The notes under the pieces were generated by a model. That model did no database searches. It saw only the letters and a list, made by a program, of their open reading frames with translations, and had not been told where the DNA came from. A stretch of DNA of 54,750 nucleotides from a bacterium UBP6_UBA1177 (lineage in GTDB: Bacteria > UBP6 > UBA1177), in contig DBYV01000008.1 in NCBI GenBank assembly GCA_002310995.1, forward strand, positions 5,643-60,392, in the 5' to 3' direction. Below, piece by piece: positions 18,716 through 27,877 of this stretch (its first letter is position 1; each line of letters begins with the position of its first letter). The position numbers and the translations under genes were made by a program.

Positions 18716-21166
18716 TTATTTCTTCTCTCTGAACATGAGTTCTTTGAGATTTTTTTCTTCGTCTTTTTCCATTTTTTGCTTTTCGTCTTCGTAGCGTTTT
18801 TTCATCTCTTCCGGTTCGAATTTAGGGTAATCACGAATAATTTTGAGGAAATTCTGCGCCGCGAAGTAGTGCATTCCGCGCCTTGCATAGAGATTTGCAA
18901 TTTCAAGTTGCCAGTACGGATTTCTTGATACTTCTGCTGCTCTTTCGAGATATTTGAACCCAGCGGCGGGATTTTTCGCGGCAAATTCACGCGTTGAGAG
19001 CCAGCGGTAATAGTTTCCCAGATTGCCTGAAGTTCTCAAAGTCATGTTTTTTAATGTGCTTTCGACAAGTTCCTGTGATTCTTTGCCGAGTTTTAGCGAA
19101 CAATAAGCTGCAATAAGATAATCGCTGAAATACCCGGTAAGATCGGCACCACGCATATAAAGGTCGAACGCTTCGGTGTAAAGTTTGTCTTTTTCAAGGA
19201 TTTTTCCGTTGTAAATTAACAGTTGTCCACGCTCGAAATCAGTCAGATCTTTCTTTTCGTCCTGAATTCGGCGGATCATTTCGAGGGCTTCGTCATATTT
19301 TTTCTCTTTCAGCATGTCCCTTATTATTGAAATGAAGAAAACATCTTGATTTTTTTGTGCAAAATCAAGTGCCGAAGCATTTTGGTCCGATATTTTGAAT
19401 ATAAATCTTTCGAGAGCCGCTTTGTTGTTTGCATTTAGTGAAATTATTTCGGTTATACGCTCCTGAAGTCCGAAACGTGAAAGCCTGTCGTATATTGTTT
19501 CCACAACTTTCGTGTATTTTTTTTCCGAAAGTTCGAGAGCCTTTTTAAACAGAGAAAGTGCTGACTCGTAAGCGCCGATGCGCAACATGTAAACGCCGTT
19601 AATATAATAAGTGTAATAGTAATTTGGTGCTTTTGCAAGAGCCGAGGAAAGTTCTGTACCTGCGGAAACAACCAGCCAAGAATCTTGGGAATTGAGTTTT
19701 TCAACACCTTTGTTCAGCGGAATCTTGAAATTAGCAGGCTCCAGATAAACTGCCTGTTCGTAAGGAAGTTCCACGCCTTCAGGAAGGTATCCCATTGTTT
19801 TCTGACCACTTTCGGTTGCGGTGAAAATCATAGTAACAAGTGACAAAACGGCTAGTGCCGTAAGAGAAGCGATTCTTTTTGTTCCGTGAAGCTGAATAGG
19901 TTTTACTAGCAGCACAAGCACTAGGACAACGGGAAAAAGTGTCGCAAAGTTATGCAGGTTGAAGTCCAGAGTATTGTGCATTACAACAAAAAATAGAACA
20001 GCCATAAGCCCGTTTTTGCGTTTGGTTTCGCGTTTTCCGAAGATGACAAGAGCGATAAACGCAGCAAAAATTATGAGGGCAAACACTATTCCTGTTTCCA
20101 GAATGAACTGTATGGGTTCGTTTTCGAGTTCAGTTGCATAAATCCAAAGATTTGACTGATAATACGAAAAGACTTTGGAAAAACTGCCTAGCCCTGAACC
20201 TGTGAACAAAAAATCGGAAAAATAGTCTGTTGCTCTTGCTATGTCATCGATTTTGTTAAAAAAACCTTCTCTTTCGAAATCAAATTCCCTCTCAAGCAGT
20301 TTCAAACCGGTCTGATATATAAAAATAAGAACGAGAACAAGAGCGGCAACGGGGAGATGAAATTTGTAACCACTTAAATTTTTTGCTGATTTTCTGTTTA
20401 TGAAGAAAAAAAGTATTAAGGCTGCAACATAAGCTGCAATTCCGCCTCTTGAAAGCGTTGCCGCAACTGCTGCCGAATGAAAGAAAAAAAGTGCGGCATA
20501 AAAAATTTTTTTTCTCGGAAAATCGGTCGTGTATATCGAAGTGAGTGCAAGGAGTCCCGAAATTCCGAAATATCCCGCAGCATGATTTGTATTTATAAGT
20601 ATTGATTCGATGAGGAATCCGCTGTGGCGCAGTTTGCCGTAGAGCCATTCATCGGACTGAAGAAATCTCAAAGCTACAGAAAGAACAATAGCAACAGTCG
20701 AAATGAGAATTACCGTGTCTATCGTATTCTGTTTCCATTTTTTATTGCCTAGAAATATGTTTCTTGAAAGAATACAGGCAAGAAATATCAGCGTAAAAAT
20801 CCTGAATATTGAATAAATTGTATCGGGAACCGACATTGTGAGAGGGTGTGATCCGCTCCCTTCCAAAGAGTGAAAAAAAGCACCCTGAGGACTCAGTATT
20901 TTAAGAAGCGGCAAAGGCAATGGTATAAGTTGCAGGATAGCGAAAACGATTATTGCAGTAAAAGGGAATATTACTGAAGAAACTGCAAACGACTTTTTCG
21001 TTACGAGAAGATATGTTGCATAGAGAAATGTTGCCAGAGCGCAGATAAACATTATGACAAGGTTCGTTCCGAGATGAGAATAAACTCCGCCTAGAAGGAA
21101 AGGGGGCAGAACGAAAAAAATGCCGGAAGACAGCATTAGAAATATCAATTTTATTTTACTGCTCAT
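18716..21166 (-). CDS. O-antigen ligase (Wzy_C)-family membrane protein with C-terminal TPR-like region
   Basis: Multi-TM N-half with INTNHAAGY, TLSRGG, GSGLGSF, ENEPIQFILETG, HNTLDFNLH; helical C-half. Confidence 0.8.
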   Translation of the reverse strand: MSSKIKLIFLMLSSGIFFVLPPFLLGGVYSHLGTNLVIMFICALATFLYATYLLVTKKSFAVSSVIFPFTAIIVFAILQLIPLPLPLLKILSPQGAFFHSLEGSGSHPLTMSVPDTIYSIFRIFTLIFLACILSRNIFLGNKKWKQNTIDTVILISTVAIVLSVALRFLQSDEWLYGKLRHSGFLIESILINTNHAAGYFGISGLLALTSIYTTDFPRKKIFYAALFFFHSAAVAATLSRGGIAAYVAALILFFFINRKSAKNLSGYKFHLPVAALVLVLIFIYQTGLKLLEREFDFEREGFFNKIDDIARATDYFSDFLFTGSGLGSFSKVFSYYQSNLWIYATELENEPIQFILETGIVFALIIFAAFIALVIFGKRETKRKNGLMAVLFFVVMHNTLDFNLHNFATLFPVVLVLVLLVKPIQLHGTKRIASLTALAVLSLVTMIFTATESGQKTMGYLPEGVELPYEQAVYLEPANFKIPLNKGVEKLNSQDSWLVVSAGTELSSALAKAPNYYYTYYINGVYMLRIGAYESALSLFKKALELSEKKYTKVVETIYDRLSRFGLQERITEIISLNANNKAALERFIFKISDQNASALDFAQKNQDVFFISIIRDMLKEKKYDEALEMIRRIQDEKKDLTDFERGQLLIYNGKILEKDKLYTEAFDLYMRGADLTGYFSDYLIAAYCSLKLGKESQELVESTLKNMTLRTSGNLGNYYRWLSTREFAAKNPAAGFKYLERAAEVSRNPYWQLEIANLYARRGMHYFAAQNFLKIIRDYPKFEPEEMKKRYEDEKQKMEKDEEKNLKELMFREKK

Positions 21167-21234
21167 CTAAACCTCTTTTTGCTGACAGGATTTTGATAGT
21201 TACCGATGGCAGGTTTTTTTTCAATAAGCCTGCC

Positions 21235-21843
21235 TCAGCGGTCGGATTCGAGAGTTTCATAAATTTTTGAAATAAAGACTTCAAGCTCTTCTTCTATAAT
21301 CCCGCTCATCGCGCGGACAACGTCAACAGGTTTTTTGTCGTCAGCTTCCTTTCTCTTGTCGAAAGAGTAGGCGACAACAATGTTTTCTGTCTTATAGTCT
21401 TTAAGTTCGAAATTTATTGAGACTCTTGCGTAACTTTTTTCATTTTCGATCACTTCGTCAAGAGCCAGAATTCTGCCGCTCAAAACATAATTGGGTTTTT
21501 TATCCATAGACAGAATTATATCCGAAAAGACCTGCTGCTTTGAAAAGTGGTTTGCAACGAGATCGGTGATCATGTCGTCAGGCCTTGAAGCCCAAAAGTG
21601 GGTGTTGTAGTAAAACATTTCCTCGTAGGAAGTTCTATAGACAAGATTGTATTTCTTATAAACTTTGTCAGAATTGAATGTTTTTATTCTGACAGTCGCT
21701 TTTATTGTTTCGCCGGAACCTTTTTTAGGCTGATAATAAACTTGATAGTAGTGTTTTAGCGGTGCTTTTGAAGAAAAGAGCGAACATGAAGAAACAGCAA
21801 AAAGTGAAAGCAGACAAACGATTAAAGCTACTGTTTTTTTCAT
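21235..21843 (-). CDS. PqiC-like ABC auxiliary lipoprotein
   Basis: Lipobox VSSC; YY..HFWASRP motif; overlaps the MCE gene. Confidence 0.75.
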   Translation of the reverse strand: MKKTVALIVCLLSLFAVSSCSLFSSKAPLKHYYQVYYQPKKGSGETIKATVRIKTFNSDKVYKKYNLVYRTSYEEMFYYNTHFWASRPDDMITDLVANHFSKQQVFSDIILSMDKKPNYVLSGRILALDEVIENEKSYARVSINFELKDYKTENIVVAYSFDKRKEADDKKPVDVVRAMSGIIEEELEVFISKIYETLESDR

Positions 21844-22829
21844 TTTTTATCCTCTTCTGTCACCGAGTTGCCGCCGCCGAAAAGAGCAGACGGATTTTCC
21901 ATAATTATTCTTGTAAATTCGCTGAAGTTGCTCATTGCATCAGAAAGGTCATCAAGTGATTTATCTATTTTTTCTGTGCTTCTTTCGAACGTAAGCTGCA
22001 AAGTATCAACAGTTTTTTGTGTCGATTCGACAAGTCCGAACATTTTGTCGACTTTTTCCTGAACATTTGCTTCTTTGTAATCTTCCCTGAAGTCTGAGAC
22101 AGTATCTTCCATCATCTTAAGGGTCTTTGCCAGCGAACCTTCTTTTGAGGTGAGGTCGCGGACATTTGTTGTGATGGATTTGACATTGTCCATATTGCTG
22201 TTAAGCTCCTTCATAAAGACGTTTGCCTCTTTTATAACTCCGCTGATCTCCTTTTTGTTCTTGGCAAGAAGTTCATCAAGCGAAGTTGAAATACCGCCAA
22301 CATTTTTGACGATTTTTTCGACATCCTCTTTCTGGACACCTTTCAATGCCTCGTTGAACTGGTTAAGGATTGATTCAAGTTTTGCTGCGATGACAGAAGC
22401 CTTGCCTGTAATTTCGTCCCAGCCGCTTTTTTCGGAAGGAATTTCACCGCCAACCGGAATGTTTTCACCCTGGCCGCCGCCTTTAAGCTCGAGAAATTTA
22501 AGGCCGGTGATACCGATGGTACCGAGCTGAGTTTTTGTTCCCTCTTTGATAGGAACGCCAGGTTTAAGGCAGAACCCGACTTCGACAACAGCGGTATTTT
22601 CTTTATCTACTGAAATTTTAGAAACAGTTCCGATGTTCATGCCCTGGAATTTTACAGTGGAACCTTCGGAAAGTCCTGCAACCGAAATATCTTCAAACCG
22701 CGTAAAATAGCAATCTTCACGTTTGAGCAGGCGGTTTCCTATAAGAAGGGCAGTAATAATGAGAATTACAGTAATTCCGAAAATGAAAAATATTGCCACC
22801 CGTCTTTTCTGAGCTGAAGTAACCTGCAT
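21840..22829 (-). CDS. MlaD/MCE-domain protein
   Basis: N-terminal TM; SVAGLSEGSTVKFQGMNIGTV, GITGLKFLEL; helical tail ending NPSALFGG. Confidence 0.9.
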   Translation of the reverse strand: MQVTSAQKRRVAIFFIFGITVILIITALLIGNRLLKREDCYFTRFEDISVAGLSEGSTVKFQGMNIGTVSKISVDKENTAVVEVGFCLKPGVPIKEGTKTQLGTIGITGLKFLELKGGGQGENIPVGGEIPSEKSGWDEITGKASVIAAKLESILNQFNEALKGVQKEDVEKIVKNVGGISTSLDELLAKNKKEISGVIKEANVFMKELNSNMDNVKSITTNVRDLTSKEGSLAKTLKMMEDTVSDFREDYKEANVQEKVDKMFGLVESTQKTVDTLQLTFERSTEKIDKSLDDLSDAMSNFSEFTRIIMENPSALFGGGNSVTEEDKK

Positions 22830-22854
22830 CGCACCCTCAAAAATTCCACGCGCG

Positions 22855-22882
22855 ATTCTAAGTGTAAAAACCTGATTGTCAA
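22855..22882 (-). promoter_or_regulatory. Putative sigma70 promoter of the MCE operon
   Basis: TTGACA-N16-TAGAAT on the minus strand. Confidence 0.55.
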
Positions 22883-22930
22883 CGGTTTCTTGCTTTTTTG
22901 TTGTTTTGGGCGGCGAAGAAGGGGGGCGCT

Positions 22931-22984
22931 GAACTTAGGGAGTTTAGGGAATCTAGGGAATTTAAGGAATTTAGGGAGGCGGCG
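22931..22984. repeat. Five imperfect 9-bp tandem units (consensus GAATTTAGG), copy 1
   Basis: GAACTTAGG GAGTTTAGG GAATCTAGG GAATTTAAG GAATTTAGG then GAGGCGGCG. Confidence 0.9.
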
Positions 22985-23041
22985 AAAGATGTTTCGCTTT
23001 TTTGCTTTTTTCAGTATAATTCTCTGTTTTTAGGAGGATTC

Positions 23042-23791
23042 ATGGGCGAAAGCAAGTGTTTTCTGAGTATGCACAAACTGTTGGAAACGGCGATTTTTGA
23101 TTATCAGATGATAAATCCGGGAGATCACATTCTTGTCGGACTTTCTGGCGGAAAAGACAGCTCGATGTTGCTCAGACTTCTGGCGAGAAAAAAAATCCAG
23201 ACGACAAACGACTACAAAATTTCGGCAGTTTTTGTGAAAATGGGTTTCCCGAAAGACGATGAAATCTCGGAATATTTGCACAAATTCAGCGGCAGTCTCG
23301 GCGTAAAATTTTTTGAAATCGAAAAGTCACTCGAAAAGATCATGGCTGCCGAGAAAAAACAGGCTTGTTATCTCTGTTCCAGAACGAGAAGGCTCGCCCT
23401 TTTCGATCTTGCCGACGAAATCGGAGCCAACGTCATTGCTTTCGGACATCACCGTGATGATTTTGTCCAGACGTTTCTGATGAACCTCTTTTTCAACGGC
23501 TCGCTCGAGGCGATGAAGCCCGTAAATCCGTTTTTCAAAGGGAAATACCGTATTATCCGCCCGATGCTTTACATCAAAGAAAGTTCAGTCACAGCCGAAG
23601 CGCAAAACTGCGGCCTCAAAGTTTTCGATTCGGGCTGCTCTTTCGGAAAAGTTTCGGAACGCGCTTTCATCCGTTCGCTTTTAGAAGAAATCTACAAACA
23701 TGACGATACCGCCAGAAACAATATTTTCAAAGCATTGTATAACCAGAAACCTGACTTTCTTCTGAAAAAACCTTCAAAAGATATTCTTTGA
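23042..23791 (+). CDS. ttcA: TtcA-family tRNA 2-thiocytidine biosynthesis PP-loop protein
   Basis: SGGKDS PP-loop, CYLCSRTRR, GHHRDD, IIRPM; AGGAGG RBS before ATG 23042. Confidence 0.85.
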   Translation: MGESKCFLSMHKLLETAIFDYQMINPGDHILVGLSGGKDSSMLLRLLARKKIQTTNDYKISAVFVKMGFPKDDEISEYLHKFSGSLGVKFFEIEKSLEKIMAAEKKQACYLCSRTRRLALFDLADEIGANVIAFGHHRDDFVQTFLMNLFFNGSLEAMKPVNPFFKGKYRIIRPMLYIKESSVTAEAQNCGLKVFDSGCSFGKVSERAFIRSLLEEIYKHDDTARNNIFKALYNQKPDFLLKKPSKDIL

Positions 23792-23881
23792 TCATAAAAA
23801 ATATGATTCCGCAATATTCTGTTATAATTTGAGAAAAATCTCTCTTTAAATAAAATCAGTCGTTTTTTTGAGGAGGAAACG

Positions 23882-26377
23882 ATGCAAAACGAAGGAAAAA
23901 TCGCGATTCTTGATGTGAGTTCATATATTTTCAGGGCTTTTCACGCGCTGCCGCCGATGACTTCGCCTGACGGAAAGCCGGTGAATGCGATTTACGGTTT
24001 CATAAATATGTTTCTCAGGACGATTTCAAAGTTCGAAGGTTTTGCCGCAGTCGCCGCGCTTGACAGCAAGACTGAAACTTTCAGAAAAAAGGCTTATCCC
24101 GAATACAAGGCAAACAGAAAAGAGGTCGATCCTGATCTGAAATCGCAGTTCGAGCTGATCGAACCTATGCTTCATTCTCTCAATATCCCCGTTTTCGCTT
24201 CAGACGGTTTCGAGGCTGACGATGTTATTGCTTCGATCGTCGCGAACAATCCTGAAAAAGAGATCATAATCGTTTCTTCCGACAAGGATCTGATGCAGCT
24301 TGTGGGCGGAAACGTCAAAATGTATGACAGTATGAAGGATAAAATCATCGATACCGAGGGCGTTAAGGAAAAATACGGCGTTCTGCCGAACCAGATGCTC
24401 GATTTTCTCGCGCTTTTGGGCGATAGTTCCGACAATGTTCCCGGAATGCCGAAAGTCGGTCTTAAAACCGCTGCGGAACTTCTCAACAAATACGGCTCTG
24501 CTGACAATATTTACCAGAATCTGAGTGAACTGAAACCTGCATTGCAAAAGGGTTTTACGGAAAACAAGGAGCAGTTTGAATTCTCGAAATTTCTTATAAA
24601 ACTTGATTCGTCGGTAAATTTGAACGGCTGCAAGAAATGTTTCGATCCGTGGGAAAAACCGGATGTCGAAAAACTCGCGAAACTATGTTCGGAACTGGGT
24701 TTCAGGTCGATCATGAAAAAAATGGAAAGCGATTTTTCTAATGAGCCAAAAACGGCTCCCGAGCCGAAAAAAGTTTTTGAGCTTCATGAAAAATGGGAGA
24801 CAGGAGATTTTGAGCTGAAAAGTGGTGAAACCCTTTACGGATGCACCTTTTACGGCAGTTTTTATGCCGCAAAAGAGGGAAAATTCAAAAGTTGCGAGAT
24901 AAAAGACCTCCCCGAAGGCTCGACAGTTTATTCTTTTGATGTGAAAGAATTCCTTGACGCGCCTTTTCCTGAAGGAATCAAATTCATAGATTTGCAGATC
25001 TACTACTTCTGTCACGACAGCGGCCGTCACGGATATACGCCGGAAGAAATCGCAGAAGCGCTTGGTTTCGAGCAGGTAAACAGGGAGTCTCCCGAATCAT
25101 TTTTCGCGTTTCTTGAAAAACTCCGTGCGAAAATCGAGGAAAAAGAAGCAGACAAATCTTTTCTGATAAACGGAATCGAGATGCCGCACCTCGAAGTAGT
25201 CAGGGCGATGGAGCAAAGCGGAATAAAAGTCGATCTTGCCAAAACAGCCGCTTTGAAAGCCGAATTCGTAAGCAAAATAAATGAGCTTACCAGGCAGATC
25301 TACGAGGCCGCGGGGACTGTTTTTAACCCCAATTCACCGAAACAGCTTGCCGAAATCCTGTTTGACAAACTTCAGCTCAAAGGTGGCAAAAAAACGAAAA
25401 CCGGCTACAGCACAGGCCACGATGTTCTTGAAAAAGTTGCCGAAGAAAACGATCATCCGCTCCCGAAACTGATTATCGAGAACAGAAAATATTCCAAACT
25501 CGTATCTACTTACCTTGAGCCGATTGCCGCAAAAACAGCATCAGACGGAAGGCTGCACACTTCATACATCGTGACTTTCGCAGCTACCGGACGCCTTGCG
25601 AGCAGGGAACCGAACCTGCAGAATATCCCGACAAGAACCGAGGACGGGCAGAAGATACGCGGACTTTTTGTCGCCGAAAAAGGGTTTAAACTTTTATCTC
25701 TGGATTACAGTCAGATTGAGCTCAGAATTCTGGCGGCACTCAGCCAGGAGCCTGAATTTATCGAAGCTTTCAAACACGGTGAGGATATTCATACGCGCAC
25801 CGCAGCCGCTATTTTCGGCACGATGCCCGAACTGGTGGACAAAGAGATGCGCCGCAATGCAAAGGCTGTAAACTTCGGAATAATCTACGGAATGCAGGCA
25901 TACAAACTTTCGGTCGATACCGGCGTCGATATCGCTTTTGCGAAAAAATACATCGACAACTACTTCGCATGCTACCCGAAGATCAAGCAGTTCATCGACG
26001 GCACGATCCGCGAGGCGCGTGAAAACGGATACGTTGAAACTTACTTCGGGCGCAGGCGCTACATCCCGGAACTTGCCGAGAGCAACAAAAATATCGCGAA
26101 ATCGGGCGAAAGAATGGCAGTTAATACCGTAATTCAGGGAACCGCAGCCGACATCATCAAGCAGGGAACGGTCCTGGTTTACAAAATGCTGCAGCAGGAA
26201 TGCCCTGAAGCAAGGATCCTGCTCCAGATCCACGATGAACTCATCATCGAGATCCCAGAAAACAGATCCGATATAGCAGAAAAATGTGCCGAAAAAATGC
26301 GCGAAGCGGGCAAAATTTTCGATGTTCCGCTCGATGTCAACTACGAAACCGGCGAAAGCTGGGCTGATTTGAAGTAG
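23882..26377 (+). CDS. polA: DNA polymerase I (central 3'-5' exonuclease region appears reduced)
   Basis: YIFRAFHA, EADDVIA, GDSSDNVPG; TGRLAS.EPNLQNIP, DYSQIELR, AKAVNFGIIYG, QIHDEL. Confidence 0.97.
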   Translation: MQNEGKIAILDVSSYIFRAFHALPPMTSPDGKPVNAIYGFINMFLRTISKFEGFAAVAALDSKTETFRKKAYPEYKANRKEVDPDLKSQFELIEPMLHSLNIPVFASDGFEADDVIASIVANNPEKEIIIVSSDKDLMQLVGGNVKMYDSMKDKIIDTEGVKEKYGVLPNQMLDFLALLGDSSDNVPGMPKVGLKTAAELLNKYGSADNIYQNLSELKPALQKGFTENKEQFEFSKFLIKLDSSVNLNGCKKCFDPWEKPDVEKLAKLCSELGFRSIMKKMESDFSNEPKTAPEPKKVFELHEKWETGDFELKSGETLYGCTFYGSFYAAKEGKFKSCEIKDLPEGSTVYSFDVKEFLDAPFPEGIKFIDLQIYYFCHDSGRHGYTPEEIAEALGFEQVNRESPESFFAFLEKLRAKIEEKEADKSFLINGIEMPHLEVVRAMEQSGIKVDLAKTAALKAEFVSKINELTRQIYEAAGTVFNPNSPKQLAEILFDKLQLKGGKKTKTGYSTGHDVLEKVAEENDHPLPKLIIENRKYSKLVSTYLEPIAAKTASDGRLHTSYIVTFAATGRLASREPNLQNIPTRTEDGQKIRGLFVAEKGFKLLSLDYSQIELRILAALSQEPEFIEAFKHGEDIHTRTAAAIFGTMPELVDKEMRRNAKAVNFGIIYGMQAYKLSVDTGVDIAFAKKYIDNYFACYPKIKQFIDGTIREARENGYVETYFGRRRYIPELAESNKNIAKSGERMAVNTVIQGTAADIIKQGTVLVYKMLQQECPEARILLQIHDELIIEIPENRSDIAEKCAEKMREAGKIFDVPLDVNYETGESWADLK

Positions 26378-26388
26378 GTCTAAAAAAC

Positions 26389-26416
26389 TTGAAAAACCCC
26401 CTTTTTTATCTATTAT
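26389..26416 (+). promoter_or_regulatory. Putative promoter of the first AAA/DUF4143 gene, directly upstream of the repeat array
   Basis: TTGAAA(26389)-N16-TATTAT(26411). Confidence 0.5.
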
Positions 26417-26419
26417 CTC

Positions 26420-26497
26420 GCGGAATCGTGCGGATTCTGCTGTTGCGAAGTTGCGGAATCGTGCAAAAATTGCATTTTTGATCTTCGGGAATCGTGA
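26420..26497 (+). repeat. Three direct repeats at exact 33-bp period, core GGAATCGTG
   Basis: Core starts at 26422, 26455, 26488; units begin GCGGAATCGTGC / GCGGAATCGTGC / CGGGAATCGTGA. Confidence 0.9.
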
Positions 26498-26512
26498 AAA
26501 AAGAGAATTGGA

Positions 26513-27862
26513 ATGAGAAGAAAAATTTATGACGAGCTGCTTCAATGGAAACAAAAACGGCAAGGTAAAACCGCAATAATGATTGACGGCGCCAGGCGTA
26601 TCGGCAAAAGCTATATCGCCGAAGAGTTCGCAAAAAACGAGTATAAATCCTATATTCTCGTTGATTTCAACCATGCGGACAAACGCCTTATTGAAATATT
26701 TGACGAGTATCTTCCAAACCTTGATATGTTTTTCATGCAGCTTTCAACTTATTTCAGGATCAAACTTTATGAGAGAGAAACACTTATAATTTTTGACGAA
26801 GTCCAGCTTTATCCGAAGGCGAGAGCCGCCATCAAATATCTTGTTGCTGACGGCAGATTTGACTATATCGAAACAGGCTCTCTGGTCAGCATCAACCGCA
26901 ATGTTAAGGATATAGTCATTCCTTCCGAAGAGCACAGGATTCCGATGTATCCGATGGATTTTGAGGAATTTCTCTGGGCTTTGGGCGATGAAACGACTAT
27001 GCCGTTTATCAGATACTGCTTCGAACACAGGCAGCCGCTCGGACCGGTACACCGCAAAACAATGGATCTTTTCCGCCAGTATATGATTGTCGGCGGAATG
27101 CCGCAGGCTGTACTCGCATTTGTCGAAACAAAAAATTTCGATGAAGTTGATTCGGTAAAACGTGATATCCTGGCTTTATATCGTGCCGACATAGAAAAAT
27201 ATGCGGCAGGATACGAAACCAAAGTCAAAAGCATCTTTGACTGGATTCCTTCCGAGTTGCAGCGGCACGAAAAGCGGTTCAGGCTTTCAGATATTTCAGA
27301 AACGGCACGTTACCGCAGTTATGAAAGCTCGTTTTTCTGGCTTTCGGATGCCAAAATCGTCAACATCTGCTATGGTGTTACCGAACCGACAGTCGGTCTC
27401 AAAATGAGAACAGACATTGTTTCGCTCAAATGCTATATGGCTGATACGGGGCTTTTGATTTCGCATACTTTCGATGAAAAAACTATAGCCGCAGAAAAAC
27501 TTTACAGCAGGCTTCTGCTTGACAAACTTGAGATAAATAAAGGAATGCTTGTCGAAAACATTGTGGCCCAGATGCTCTGTGCGTCCGGTCATAAACTTTA
27601 TTTTTTCTCGTCTTATTCAAAAAGTGATGCCGCAGAGCGCATGGAAATAGATTTTCTCGTGCAGAAGCCCGCTCTCACAAACAGGCACAATATCTCACCG
27701 ATCGAGGTGAAATCGTCAACCAGATACACAACAACTTCGCTTGAGAAATTTTCGGCGAAATACGCGGAACAGGTTGCATCGCCGGTCGTTTTACACGCGT
27801 CAGATGTTGCGGAAAAAAACGGGATCCTTTATCTGCCGCTTTACATGACACCGCTTTTGTAG
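26513..27862 (+). CDS. AAA_14-type ATPase with C-terminal DUF4143 / PD-(D/E)xK-like domain, copy 1
   Basis: Walker A DGARRIGKS, Walker B IIFDEVQ, ETGSL, PMDFEEFL, VGGMP, KCYMADTGL, EIDFL...PIEVKS. Confidence 0.9.
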   Translation: MRRKIYDELLQWKQKRQGKTAIMIDGARRIGKSYIAEEFAKNEYKSYILVDFNHADKRLIEIFDEYLPNLDMFFMQLSTYFRIKLYERETLIIFDEVQLYPKARAAIKYLVADGRFDYIETGSLVSINRNVKDIVIPSEEHRIPMYPMDFEEFLWALGDETTMPFIRYCFEHRQPLGPVHRKTMDLFRQYMIVGGMPQAVLAFVETKNFDEVDSVKRDILALYRADIEKYAAGYETKVKSIFDWIPSELQRHEKRFRLSDISETARYRSYESSFFWLSDAKIVNICYGVTEPTVGLKMRTDIVSLKCYMADTGLLISHTFDEKTIAAEKLYSRLLLDKLEINKGMLVENIVAQMLCASGHKLYFFSSYSKSDAAERMEIDFLVQKPALTNRHNISPIEVKSSTRYTTTSLEKFSAKYAEQVASPVVLHASDVAEKNGILYLPLYMTPLL

Positions 27863-27877
27863 TTGAGGAGGGGAAGC

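Noticed and set aside
21208-21234. GGCAGG...CCTGCC inverted repeat as a terminator
   Set aside because: Short stem, long loop and no following U-tract on the coding strand
22898-23041. N-terminal extension of TtcA (ELREFRESREFKEFRE)
   Set aside because: It is simply the translation of the 9-bp intergenic repeat; a strong RBS precedes ATG 23042
25694-26674. 326-aa minus-strand ORF, and similar antisense ORFs such as 12068-13024 and 29239-29817
   Set aside because: Shadow frames opposite well-supported genes, with no recognisable motifs
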